A stretch of 42,514 bases of DNA. It comes from an uncultured Candidatus Bathyarchaeia archaeon (GTDB taxonomy: Archaea; Thermoproteota; Bathyarchaeia; Hecatellales; Hecatellaceae). This document shows, one piece after another, positions 1 through 8,226 of the stretch (the stretch's first letter is position 1; every line of letters starts with the position of its first letter). The DNA lies in assembly GCA_964484995.1 (NCBI GenBank), contig CAZAHF010000003.1:4400-46913 (forward strand), given 5' to 3'. The notes below the pieces were generated by a model. That model worked only from the letters and a program-made list of their open reading frames with translations. It did no database searches and was not told the origin of the DNA. Both the position numbers and the translations under genes were made by a program.

Positions 1-746
1 AACTTCTCCAGGTCTGCTTCTGCCTTCTGTTTTTCAACCTCTTTATCAAAACTATGAGGTATCACTATCCTAGGTTTTACCCACTCTAAAATTTTTACAC
101 TTCTCTCTTCAAGTCTTGAAAAAACAGCAATCAAAACTATTTGAGGCTTAAATTTTTCACTGTAGGTTTTAAGCTCCTCTATAGGTATAGTTTCACCTAT
201 ATTCCAAATTCTTAAACCAGTTTCAGTTTGGATAATGTATCCTTGAAGAGGGCCAACAGGAACTTTAAACCCGAAATCTAAAACATCTGGAGGTAAAACC
301 TTCTGGAAAAGTCTTATTACCTCCTCCCTACTTTTTGGTTGGATTGTAAAATCATCTAAAAACCATCGGATAACATCAACGGTAGGTGTATGTTCTCCTT
401 TTGTTGCTGTTATACTTAAGTTTCCAACTTTAACAGTTTCATCATAATCAATTGGGATTAATCTCTCCCTTGGAATGTTTAATGTTTTCTCAACAAAGTC
501 ACAAAGCACTTTTGACGCAACAAGCTTTACATTTATTCTTTTCAAGATTTTTAGTGCATCCTCAAAGTGGTCAAAATGTCCATGGGTAATAAGTAGAAGG
601 TCTGCATGCCTAATATCTTCTGATAGAATGGGTGGGGGGTTAAAAGAAACTCTACGGTCTAAATATGGATCCATATAAATTTTTATGTTTTCTTCTGTTG
701 TTATTTCAAGACTGGAAACACCAAGCCACCTAATTTTTAAACTCAA
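1..746 (-). CDS. MBL-fold metallo-hydrolase (UlaG/UPF0173-like), 3' end runs off window
   Basis: Not in ORF track. Manual translation from TTG at 746: MSLKIRWLGVSSLEI...IYMDPY...LLLITHGHFDH (HxHxDH motif)...WNIGET...KPRIVIPH; the segments translated are in one frame with no stop, and the frame reaches the window edge. Confidence 0.88.
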   Translation of the reverse strand, partial: MSLKIRWLGVSSLEITTEENIKIYMDPYLDRRVSFNPPPILSEDIRHADLLLITHGHFDHFEDALKILKRINVKLVASKVLCDFVEKTLNIPRERLIPIDYDETVKVGNLSITATKGEHTPTVDVIRWFLDDFTIQPKSREEVIRLFQKVLPPDVLDFGFKVPVGPLQGYIIQTETGLRIWNIGETIPIEELKTYSEKFKPQIVLIAVFSRLEERSVKILEWVKPRIVIPHSFDKEVEKQKAEADLEK

Positions 747-897
747 AGTTCTTCTACCCTAAATATTTTAAACTTTCCTTAAAAAAAATAAAAATTTATT
801 ACTGGCTGAAACAAAAATTATACAACGAAAAATAATAACTTACCGGGCTCATAGAAGACATGAGCTTCTTCTCTTCTAAACTGGGGTTCGGTAAAAG

Positions 898-1188
898 TTG
901 ACTGAACCTAAAAAATGTTCTCCTAAGTGTGAGTTTTTTAGATGCGGCCAAAAAGCTCTTCAATTTAGGTCTGGTAAGGCCTATTGTAGGTTTGCTGATG
1001 ACCTATGTGAAGGATACACATGTAAATATGCTTTTTGTGTGAGGAATCGACTTTTACCTGATGGTGTATGTGGTTTAACTGTTAAGAGAACAACAACCAG
1101 TCTTGAGGTTCCACCTGAAGAAGTTGTTAAGGGTATTAAGGTTAAAGGTAAACTTCAAAAGAAGCTTGGAGAAAAGGAAATTTTTTAA
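898..1188 (+). CDS. Cys-rich small protein of unknown function (8 Cys, probable metal-binding)
   Basis: 96 aa ORF, TTG start after GGGGT SD-like motif; C7,C11,C16,C30,C37,C42,C47,C58; 32 nt upstream of Brix gene in same orientation. Confidence 0.75.
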   Translation: MTEPKKCSPKCEFFRCGQKALQFRSGKAYCRFADDLCEGYTCKYAFCVRNRLLPDGVCGLTVKRTTTSLEVPPEEVVKGIKVKGKLQKKLGEKEIF

Positions 1189-1220
1189 CCATAAAACAAA
1201 TAGTGGTTTAGGAGAAAAAT

Positions 1221-1778
1221 TTGCAACAGTTTCATCTTCTTATAACAAGTTCCCGTAGACCAACCAGATCCATGAGAACTTTAATGAGGGATCTTCATAC
1301 AGTTATACCAAAATCTCATAGAATAAATCGTGGTAAGATGAGTATGGAAGATTTAGCTGAAACAGCATCCAGTCTTAACGCCAAATATGTTTTAATTGTT
1401 AACAGATGGAAGGGTGGACCTGGAAAAATAGAGTTTTATAGGGTTTTAGATGGAGAGTTGCAGCTTATTTCTCCTTTGCTTTACGTTAGAGGTATAAGGC
1501 TTCAAAGAGAGTACAAGATTTTTTGGAGAAAACTTAGAATTAGATGTAGAAGCTTAGCTATAATAAAACCAGTAAAAGAAAAGCTTCAAAAGTTAGCTGA
1601 AACTTTATCAACCGTTTTTAACTCCCCTATAGTTTCTGAGGATGAAAAAGACGAGTTTCAGGTTTATGTTAAACTTTTTGAAGGATTAGATTATGAGGCA
1701 AAAATAACGTTTTTTTCAACTATCCATAATATGGAAATAGGGCCTACACTTTATCTTAAAAAGGTTGTAGAGTTTTGA
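1221..1778 (+). CDS. Brix-domain (Imp4-like) ribosome biogenesis protein
   Basis: N-terminal ITSSRRPTRSMRTLMRDLH...RINRGKMSMEDL and RWKGGPGKIEF, C-terminal EIGP; usual position before pcc1. Confidence 0.88.
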   Translation: MQQFHLLITSSRRPTRSMRTLMRDLHTVIPKSHRINRGKMSMEDLAETASSLNAKYVLIVNRWKGGPGKIEFYRVLDGELQLISPLLYVRGIRLQREYKIFWRKLRIRCRSLAIIKPVKEKLQKLAETLSTVFNSPIVSEDEKDEFQVYVKLFEGLDYEAKITFFSTIHNMEIGPTLYLKKVVEF

Positions 1779-2035
1779 GAGAAAAATTTCCTGTGAGAGC
1801 AACAGTAAGCATTAGCGTAGACTCTACAAAAAAAGCAGAAAAAATAGTTAAGGTTTTAACTGTTGAATCTAGGTCTACCCCAACCTTAAAGTTTAAGGTT
1901 TTGGTTAAAAAGGAAAAAGGAAGAGTGGTGTTAGCTTTTAAGGCTTCTGACCTAACGGCTTTAAGAGCTTCAATAAACTCTTTTTGCCGCTGGGTTGGTA
2001 TGTTAAACAAGGTTCTTAATATTTTAAGATCCTAA
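1775..2035 (+). CDS. pcc1: KEOPS complex subunit Pcc1
   Basis: 86 aa; C-terminal ASDLTALRASINSFCRW signature; 4-nt overlap with Brix; upstream of pfdB. Confidence 0.88.
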   Translation: MREKFPVRATVSISVDSTKKAEKIVKVLTVESRSTPTLKFKVLVKKEKGRVVLAFKASDLTALRASINSFCRWVGMLNKVLNILRS

Positions 2036-2043
2036 AAATTGTG

Positions 2044-2271
2044 TTAGACTTGTTGAGCTTGGGTTGTTTCTCCTTTTAAAAGCCATCTACTCATAAAACC
2101 TAAACCAACAAACAAAAATGCGAGAAAAATTGAGATGGTAAAAAGGTTTTGGCGGGTGAACTCTATAAGCCTAACAGGGTTTAAAAGAAGATATGAAACC
2201 ATAACCGCTATGAGAACTGCTAAACCTACTGCTACTAGTAAGGCAACTTTAAGTTTTCTTTCTAAAACCAA
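2044..2271 (-). CDS. Small two-TM membrane protein, unknown function
   Basis: 75 aa ORF filling an otherwise empty gap; two hydrophobic stretches (VALLVAVGLAVLIAVMVSYLLL; LFTISIFLAFLFVGLGFM). Confidence 0.55.
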   Translation of the reverse strand: MVLERKLKVALLVAVGLAVLIAVMVSYLLLNPVRLIEFTRQNLFTISIFLAFLFVGLGFMSRWLLKGETTQAQQV

Positions 2272-2317
2272 ACCTTTAAACCCTTTAAAATCTAATGTTT
2301 TCTTTTAAGTAGAAGAT

Positions 2318-2330
2318 AAAAACTTTAATT
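2318..2330 (+). promoter_or_regulatory. Putative BRE/TATA promoter for pfdB
   Basis: AAAAACTTTAATT about 75 nt upstream of pfdB start; same pattern recurs at 6823. Confidence 0.35.
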
Positions 2331-2403
2331 AGAATGTTTATGTTCTCATTAGTTTGAGTCTACCTACCATAATATTAAGAGTTAGGGTTGTGGTGTTAAA
2401 AAC

Positions 2404-2766
2404 TTGGGCGAGGAAACAGAAATACCTCCAAATCTTCAGGAAGAGCTTGCAAAACTTCAACAACTTCAACAAACTCTACAAATTATAGTCTCTCAAAAAC
2501 AGCAGGTTGAAATGGAGCTAACAGACACCGATAGAGCCTTAGAAGAGTTAAAGAAGATGGGTGATGATGCTGTTATCTATAAGACTGTGGGTATGCTTCT
2601 TGTTAAAAAAGATAAAGAGTCTGTAACAAAAGACCTAACAGAAAGAAGAGAGCTTCTTAGTGTTAGAGCCTCTGTTCTTGGTAAACAAGAAGAAAGAACA
2701 AGAGAAAGGTTAAGAGAGCTTCAGCAACAAATCCAAGCTAGGCTAAGACAACAACAACCAACCTAA
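2404..2766 (+). CDS. pfdB: Prefoldin beta subunit
   Basis: 120 aa coiled-coil; LQQLQQTLQIIVSQKQQVE...ALEEL...VIYKTVG pattern. Confidence 0.95.
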   Translation: MGEETEIPPNLQEELAKLQQLQQTLQIIVSQKQQVEMELTDTDRALEELKKMGDDAVIYKTVGMLLVKKDKESVTKDLTERRELLSVRASVLGKQEERTRERLRELQQQIQARLRQQQPT

Positions 2767-2812
2767 ACTTCCTGCCCTTTAATTTTTAGTTTCCTGTCAG
2801 TAGGAAAGAGAA

Positions 2813-3814
2813 ATGCTTGTTAAACTAAAAAACTTTCTCAAAAAAACCCATGCAAAATATGGAATAATTTTTTGCCATCATAACGCAGATCCAGATGCAC
2901 TCTATTCTGCTAACGTTCTCCTAAAACTTTTAAGAAAAATTAGGCCAAAACTTAAATGTGAAATTTTTCCTGTTCAAGGTCCAAGTAAACTTTCAAAACT
3001 TTTAATGAGAAAGGTTCCTGTTAAGATGGTAGAGAAGCCAAAGCTTTGGAAGGCTGACTTTTTTGTTTTGGTTGATACAAGCACAATAAAACAGCTTGAT
3101 GAATGGGGTTTAAAAATTAAAAAGTCTCGTAAGCCCATTCTTGTTATAGATCACCATGCAATTCATCCTAAAACAAGAAAAATTGCTTCACTAATGATTG
3201 TTGATGTTAATGCACGTTCAACATGTGAAATTGTTTATAGAATTTGTCGTGAAGCAAAGTTTAGACTAACTAAAAAAGATGCTTTAGGTTTACTGTTTGG
3301 AATAATTTTTGAAACAAAAAATTTTCGTTATGCTTCAGCTAAAACCCTAAGACTCTCAGCTGAACTTTTAGAATATGGGTTAACTATTGAAGAAGCCTTA
3401 AAATCTATGGTTAAACCTGTGGAAAAACCTGAAAAAATAGCAAAACTTAAAGCTGCAAGCAGGCTTCAACTTTATAGGTTTAACGATTGGCTTATAGTTT
3501 TAACTCATGTTAGTTCTTATCAAGCTTCAGTCGCTAGAGCTCTTCTTGCTTTGGGTGGTGATGTGGCTGTTGTTGCTGGTGGAAAGAAAGGTGAGTTTAA
3601 AGTTAGTTTAAGAGCTACTCAAGAATTTTATGATAAAACAAAAATTCATCTGGGTAAGGATGTTGCTTTTGTTTTGGGTGAAAAATTTGGTGGTATGGGT
3701 GGCGGACATGCTACCTCGGCTGGAGTTAATGGTTATGGTAATTTTGAGGATGTTTTAAGGGAGACTTTAAAAGTTTTAAGGGAAAAAATTATGGTTAAAC
3801 CTGGTTTAAGATAG
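2813..3814 (+). CDS. DHH family phosphoesterase (DHH + DHHA1)
   Basis: HHNADPDAL, VDTS, IDHH and C-terminal GGGHATSAG motifs. Confidence 0.92.
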   Translation: MLVKLKNFLKKTHAKYGIIFCHHNADPDALYSANVLLKLLRKIRPKLKCEIFPVQGPSKLSKLLMRKVPVKMVEKPKLWKADFFVLVDTSTIKQLDEWGLKIKKSRKPILVIDHHAIHPKTRKIASLMIVDVNARSTCEIVYRICREAKFRLTKKDALGLLFGIIFETKNFRYASAKTLRLSAELLEYGLTIEEALKSMVKPVEKPEKIAKLKAASRLQLYRFNDWLIVLTHVSSYQASVARALLALGGDVAVVAGGKKGEFKVSLRATQEFYDKTKIHLGKDVAFVLGEKFGGMGGGHATSAGVNGYGNFEDVLRETLKVLREKIMVKPGLR

Positions 3815-3833
3815 CTAGTAATACGGATGCAAT

Positions 3834-3874
3834 ACCTAAATTTTTAGGTTAGATATCCTAAATCAAATTTAGGT
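3834..3874. repeat. Nested inverted repeats (CCTAAA/TTTAGG x4)
   Basis: ACCTAAATTT (3834-3843) is the reverse complement of AAATTTAGGT (3865-3874); inner TTAGG/CCTAA pair 3844-3848/3857-3861. Confidence 0.6.
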
Positions 3875-3913
3875 TTATAGAGGTAGAATAGTAGGGTGAG
3901 GTTGAAAGTTTAG

Positions 3914-4513
3914 TTGCAATATCTTCAAAAAGCTGTTGATGAGATAATTACTGCCCTTTCAAAGTGTTTAAAACATGTTGATATGAGGCAGGTTGAAAAG
4001 TTTATAGATATACTGTTAGACGCTAAAGAAAAAAATAAGAAAATTCTTGTTATGGGTGCTGGAAGAAGCGGTTTGGTTGGAAGAGCTTTTGCTATGAGAC
4101 TAATGCACTTAAACTTTAATGTTCATGTTATAGGGGAAACGATAACTCCCGCATTAGAAAAAGATGATATTCTTGTTGCAATTTCAGGTTCAGGTTCAAC
4201 AACCACAGTTGTGGCTGCTGCAAAAATAGCTAAAAAGGTTGGAGCAAAAATTTTAGCTATAACCTCCTATCCAAACTCACCTCTAGGAAGACTTTCAGAC
4301 CATAAAATAGTAATTCTTGGTCGAACAAAAATAACAGGTAAAAAAGACTATTTTTCACGTCAAATTTTGGGTGTTCATGAGCCTCTTGCACCGTTAGGCA
4401 CAATTTTTGAAGCCTCTACAAGTATTTTTCTTGATGCTTTAATAGTTGAGCTTATGCATAGGCTTGGAAAAACAGAAGCAGACCTAAAAAAAAGACATGC
4501 AACCATAGAGTAG
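3914..4513 (+). CDS. hxlB: 6-phospho-3-hexuloisomerase (SIS domain)
   Basis: GAGRSGLVGRAFAMRLMHL, GETITP, ISGSGST, PLGTIFE, C-terminal HATIE. Confidence 0.92.
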   Translation: MQYLQKAVDEIITALSKCLKHVDMRQVEKFIDILLDAKEKNKKILVMGAGRSGLVGRAFAMRLMHLNFNVHVIGETITPALEKDDILVAISGSGSTTTVVAAAKIAKKVGAKILAITSYPNSPLGRLSDHKIVILGRTKITGKKDYFSRQILGVHEPLAPLGTIFEASTSIFLDALIVELMHRLGKTEADLKKRHATIE

Positions 4514-4595
4514 CCTCCTATAAAAACAATAACTTTTTTAAGTTGCTAGGTATCTGCTTTTCTGTTAGTTAGAACATGTTAAAGGGAATGAGTGT

Positions 4596-6782
4596 ATGCC
4601 AAAACTTAAAACAACAGCTGAAATCTTAAAGATAGTCCATAACCTAGACCAGGTTAGAAATGCAGGTATTATAGCTCATGTTGACCATGGAAAAACAACC
4701 CTAACAGACTCTTTACTTTCAGCTGCAGGTTTGCTTTCACCTTCAGTTGCAGGTACAGCTTTAGCTCTGGACTATCTGGAGGAAGAGCAAAAAAGACAGA
4801 TGACAATTAAGGCTGCAAACATAAGCCTCTACTACGAAATTGACGGGAAACCTTACGTTATAAACCTTATAGATACACCTGGACATGTTGACTTCTCAGG
4901 TAGGGTTACAAGGTCTTTAAGAGCTATTGATGGTTGTGTGGTTGTTGTTGATGCTGTAGAAGAGGTTATGGTTCAGACAGAAACTGTTACAAGACAAGCC
5001 TTAGAAGAAAGAGTTAGACCTGTTTTATACATAAATAAGATAGATAGGTTAATCAAAGAGCTTAGACTTACCCCAAACCAGGTTCAAGAAAAACTTTTAA
5101 GAATAATCCGTGAATTCAACAATCTTATTGAGCTTTATGCTGAACCAGAATTTCGAGATAAATGGAAGGTAAGCCCTGCAACTGGAACTGTAGCTTTTGG
5201 TTCAGCAAAAGACCGATGGGGGCTTACAATTCAGTCTGCTCAAGAAAAGGGAATAAAGTTTTCAGATATAGTTTCAGCTTACCAAGAGGGAAGAGTACAA
5301 GATCTTGTTAAAATCGCACCGTTACATGAGCCTATTCTAGATATGATTATTAGACATATACCATCTCCACCTATAGCTCAAAAGTATAGGATACCCAAAA
5401 TTTGGCGTGGAGATCTTTCAAGTGAAGTAGGTAAAGCCATGTTAAACTGCGATCCAGACGGGCCTCTTGTTATGTGTATCACAAATGTTGTTGTGGATCC
5501 TCAGGCTGGTGTTGTTGCTACCGGCCGACTTTTCTCAGGAACCGTAAAAGCGGGAGATATTGTTAGGCTTATAGGTGCTAGAGATGATTGCAGAATCCAG
5601 GAAGTATGTATTTATATGGGTCAGTTTAGAGAAGTTGTTGGTTCACTTCCAGCAGGTAATATCCCCGCTTTGCTTGGCTTAGATAAGGCTAGAGCAGGTG
5701 AAACGATTTCCTCTTTAAGAGATACGATACCGTTTGAACAGCTTCAGTATGTTAGTGAACCTGTCGTAACAATTGCTATTGAACCTAAACATAGTAAGGA
5801 CCTGCCCAAACTTATCGACTTTTTAAGAAAGCTTTCACTTGAAGACCCAAACCTTGTGGTAAAAATAAACGAGGAAACAGGTGAATATCTGATTTCAGGT
5901 ATGGGACAGCTTCACTTAGAAATAGCAACAACATGGATTCAGAAAGCTGGACTAGAAATTGTAACCTCTAAACCGATAGTTCTTTATAGGGAAACTGTAC
6001 GAAAAGAAGGCCAGGTTTTTGAGGGTAAATCCCCAAACAAACATAACAGAATCTACATGAAAGTTGAGCCTTTAGAACCTGAAATTATTGAACTTATAAA
6101 GAAGGGGGAACTCTCCGACTATACACCACGTCATCAAGTTGCAAAAATTTTAAGAGAACATGGTTGGGAGACTGATGAGGCTAGAGGTGTATGGAGAATA
6201 GATGAGCATTGTAACATACTTACAGATGTAACCAAGGGAATTCAAAGACTGGACGTGGTTAAAGACTCTATTATCTCAGCTTTTAACTGGAGTATTGAAG
6301 AGGGCCCATTAGCCTATGAAACCATTAGAGGTGTGAAGGTAAAACTTGTTGACGCACAAATCCATGAAGACCCTGTACACACAGGACCAGCCCAAATAAT
6401 GCCTGCAACACGTAGATCGCTTTATGCTAGTTTTCTTTCAGCAAACCCAACTTTACTTGAACCTATTCTAAAGGTTACTGTAAAAGTTCCACCTGAACAA
6501 GTTGGAAATGTTACAAAAATAATAGTTGGTAAGCGTGGTAAGGTAGTTTCTCTTGAACAAAAAGAACATATTATGCATATAATAGGCGAGATTCCTACAG
6601 CAGAAACATTTGACCTTTCAGAGCTTATGAGAAGTGCAACTGCTGGAAAAGCATTTTGGGGAACAGAATTCTTAAAATGGGAGTTTGTACCAGCCTCTAT
6701 GGTAAACCAGCTGATTAGAGAAATTAGAAAACGTAAAGGTTTATCACCAGAACCGCCAACCGTAGAGGACTTCATAGAATAA
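4596..6782 (+). CDS. fusA: Elongation factor 2 family GTPase (variant; probable aEF-2 paralog)
   Basis: 728 aa; AHVDHGKTT, DTPGHVDF, NKID; switch I reads RQMT instead of RGIT; diphthamide loop reads HEDPVHTG instead of HxDxxHRG. Confidence 0.95.
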   Translation: MPKLKTTAEILKIVHNLDQVRNAGIIAHVDHGKTTLTDSLLSAAGLLSPSVAGTALALDYLEEEQKRQMTIKAANISLYYEIDGKPYVINLIDTPGHVDFSGRVTRSLRAIDGCVVVVDAVEEVMVQTETVTRQALEERVRPVLYINKIDRLIKELRLTPNQVQEKLLRIIREFNNLIELYAEPEFRDKWKVSPATGTVAFGSAKDRWGLTIQSAQEKGIKFSDIVSAYQEGRVQDLVKIAPLHEPILDMIIRHIPSPPIAQKYRIPKIWRGDLSSEVGKAMLNCDPDGPLVMCITNVVVDPQAGVVATGRLFSGTVKAGDIVRLIGARDDCRIQEVCIYMGQFREVVGSLPAGNIPALLGLDKARAGETISSLRDTIPFEQLQYVSEPVVTIAIEPKHSKDLPKLIDFLRKLSLEDPNLVVKINEETGEYLISGMGQLHLEIATTWIQKAGLEIVTSKPIVLYRETVRKEGQVFEGKSPNKHNRIYMKVEPLEPEIIELIKKGELSDYTPRHQVAKILREHGWETDEARGVWRIDEHCNILTDVTKGIQRLDVVKDSIISAFNWSIEEGPLAYETIRGVKVKLVDAQIHEDPVHTGPAQIMPATRRSLYASFLSANPTLLEPILKVTVKVPPEQVGNVTKIIVGKRGKVVSLEQKEHIMHIIGEIPTAETFDLSELMRSATAGKAFWGTEFLKWEFVPASMVNQLIREIRKRKGLSPEPPTVEDFIE

Positions 6783-6822
6783 ACCTAAAAATTCTCTTAT
6801 TCTTCTGCTTTTTTGGCTAAAC

Positions 6823-6835
6823 AAAAAACTTTAAG
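6823..6835 (+). promoter_or_regulatory. Putative BRE/TATA promoter for M24 gene
   Basis: AAAAAACTTTAAG upstream of a gene carrying a strong GGAGGTG SD (6896-6902). Confidence 0.35.
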
Positions 6836-6907
6836 CCTAAAATACACCATAATACTTTTCTAGTGTTAGCCTAAGAAAAATTTTCCCACAGTTTAGGAGG
6901 TGTTCTA

Positions 6908-8149
6908 ATGAGTGAGTATGTTTATGATCCAAGAAGAGTTCATGGTCAAGATGGTGTTGACTGGCAAGAGAGAGTTAACTTTGAACGTCTTAGAAAAGAG
7001 AGATTAGAAAGAGCAAGAAGTATGATGAAAAAACATGGGCTTGGAGCTTTAATCTGCTTTAACGGTGAAAATATTAGATATATTACTAGTACATGGCAGG
7101 GAAATTGGAAGGCAAACATTTTTGTTAGGTATTGTGTTCTTCCAGAAAACGGTGAACCAGTACTTTTTGAAACAGTAGGAGCAGATATGGAGTGTGCAAT
7201 TATAGATGCACCTTGGCTTAAAGGAAGAATAAAACCAGCAATAACATGGGTTTGGTCAGGCCCTGCTCAACCAGTCTTAGTTAAAAAGATGGCTGAAAGC
7301 ATAAAAAATGTTCTTAAGGAAAATGGTGTTGCTCAAGAAAAGGTAGGTTTAGATGTGTTTGACTGGGTTTCACGTCAAGCTTTAGTTGATGCTGGGTTAA
7401 ACATTGTTAACGGTTGGCCATGTATGATTGAAGCAAGACAGATAAAAACAAGAGACGAGTTAGAGCTTTTAAAACAGTCAGCAACCATAGCTGGATGTGC
7501 TTTTGCAAAAATTCGTGATGAATGGTTAAAGCCAGGAGTAAGAGAATGTGATATTGTAGCTAATTATACTAAGTTTCTTTTAGAAAATGGTTTTGAGTAT
7601 GTTCCAGCTTTAATTTGTGCTTCTGGAAGAAACACAAATCCTTATCGTCGTTGGAGTACTGATAAAATAATTCAGGATGGAGATCTTGTAATCATAGATA
7701 TTGCAGGTGCGGGTCCATGTGGATACTTCTGTGATTTTGTCCGAACCTTTAAATGCGGCAAAAGTAAACCAACAGAAGAAGAAAAAGAAGTATATAGAAA
7801 ATGTTGGGAACCTTTAAAAGCAGCTATAGAAGCCTTTAAACCTGGAGCAACAACAAAAGATGTTGCTGAAAAGTTTCCAGAGTATGATGATGATAAATAT
7901 GGTACATGTAGTCTTTTCCAGTTTGGACATAGCATAGGTCTAAGCCTCTATGAGGGTATGTGGATATCTAGAGGGTACTCCCTAGAATATCCTGAGGAAA
8001 TAAAGCAGAATATGTGTTTCTCTGTTGAAACCTATGTTGGCGGACCAAAATATAAGCAGGGAGTAAGAATAGAACAAAGCATATTTGTTACAGATACCGG
8101 ATGCGAAATTTATACAACATTTCCGTTAGAAGAAGAATTTTTAGAGTAA
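6908..8149 (+). CDS. M24 (pita-bread) family metallohydrolase, Xaa-Pro peptidase/creatinase-like
   Basis: Creatinase-like N-domain (RLERARSMM...NIRYIT); metal ligands IDIAG, CDFVRT, GHSIG, SVETY, RIEQ. Confidence 0.9.
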   Translation: MSEYVYDPRRVHGQDGVDWQERVNFERLRKERLERARSMMKKHGLGALICFNGENIRYITSTWQGNWKANIFVRYCVLPENGEPVLFETVGADMECAIIDAPWLKGRIKPAITWVWSGPAQPVLVKKMAESIKNVLKENGVAQEKVGLDVFDWVSRQALVDAGLNIVNGWPCMIEARQIKTRDELELLKQSATIAGCAFAKIRDEWLKPGVRECDIVANYTKFLLENGFEYVPALICASGRNTNPYRRWSTDKIIQDGDLVIIDIAGAGPCGYFCDFVRTFKCGKSKPTEEEKEVYRKCWEPLKAAIEAFKPGATTKDVAEKFPEYDDDKYGTCSLFQFGHSIGLSLYEGMWISRGYSLEYPEEIKQNMCFSVETYVGGPKYKQGVRIEQSIFVTDTGCEIYTTFPLEEEFLE

Positions 8150-8151
8150 AA

Positions 8152-8176
8152 TCCTCCTCCTCTTTTTCCTTTTTTT
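8152..8176 (+). terminator. Pyrimidine/oligo-T terminator
   Basis: TCCTCCTCCTCTTTTTCCTTTTTTT immediately after the M24 stop codon. Confidence 0.6.
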
Positions 8177-8226
8177 GAAAACAAAAAGCTAGTTTAATCC
8201 ATATGCTAATATTCTTTTAGGGTTGA

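Noticed and set aside
475-678. 67-aa plus-strand ORF
   Set aside because: Antisense shadow of the MBL hydrolase on the minus strand (746 to <1), which has a clear HxHxDH motif.
1756-2010. 84-aa minus-strand ORF
   Set aside because: Antisense to pcc1; no recognisable motif.
6422-7935. Minus-strand ORFs 6422-6775 and 7672-7935
   Set aside because: Antisense shadows inside EF-2 and the M24 gene.
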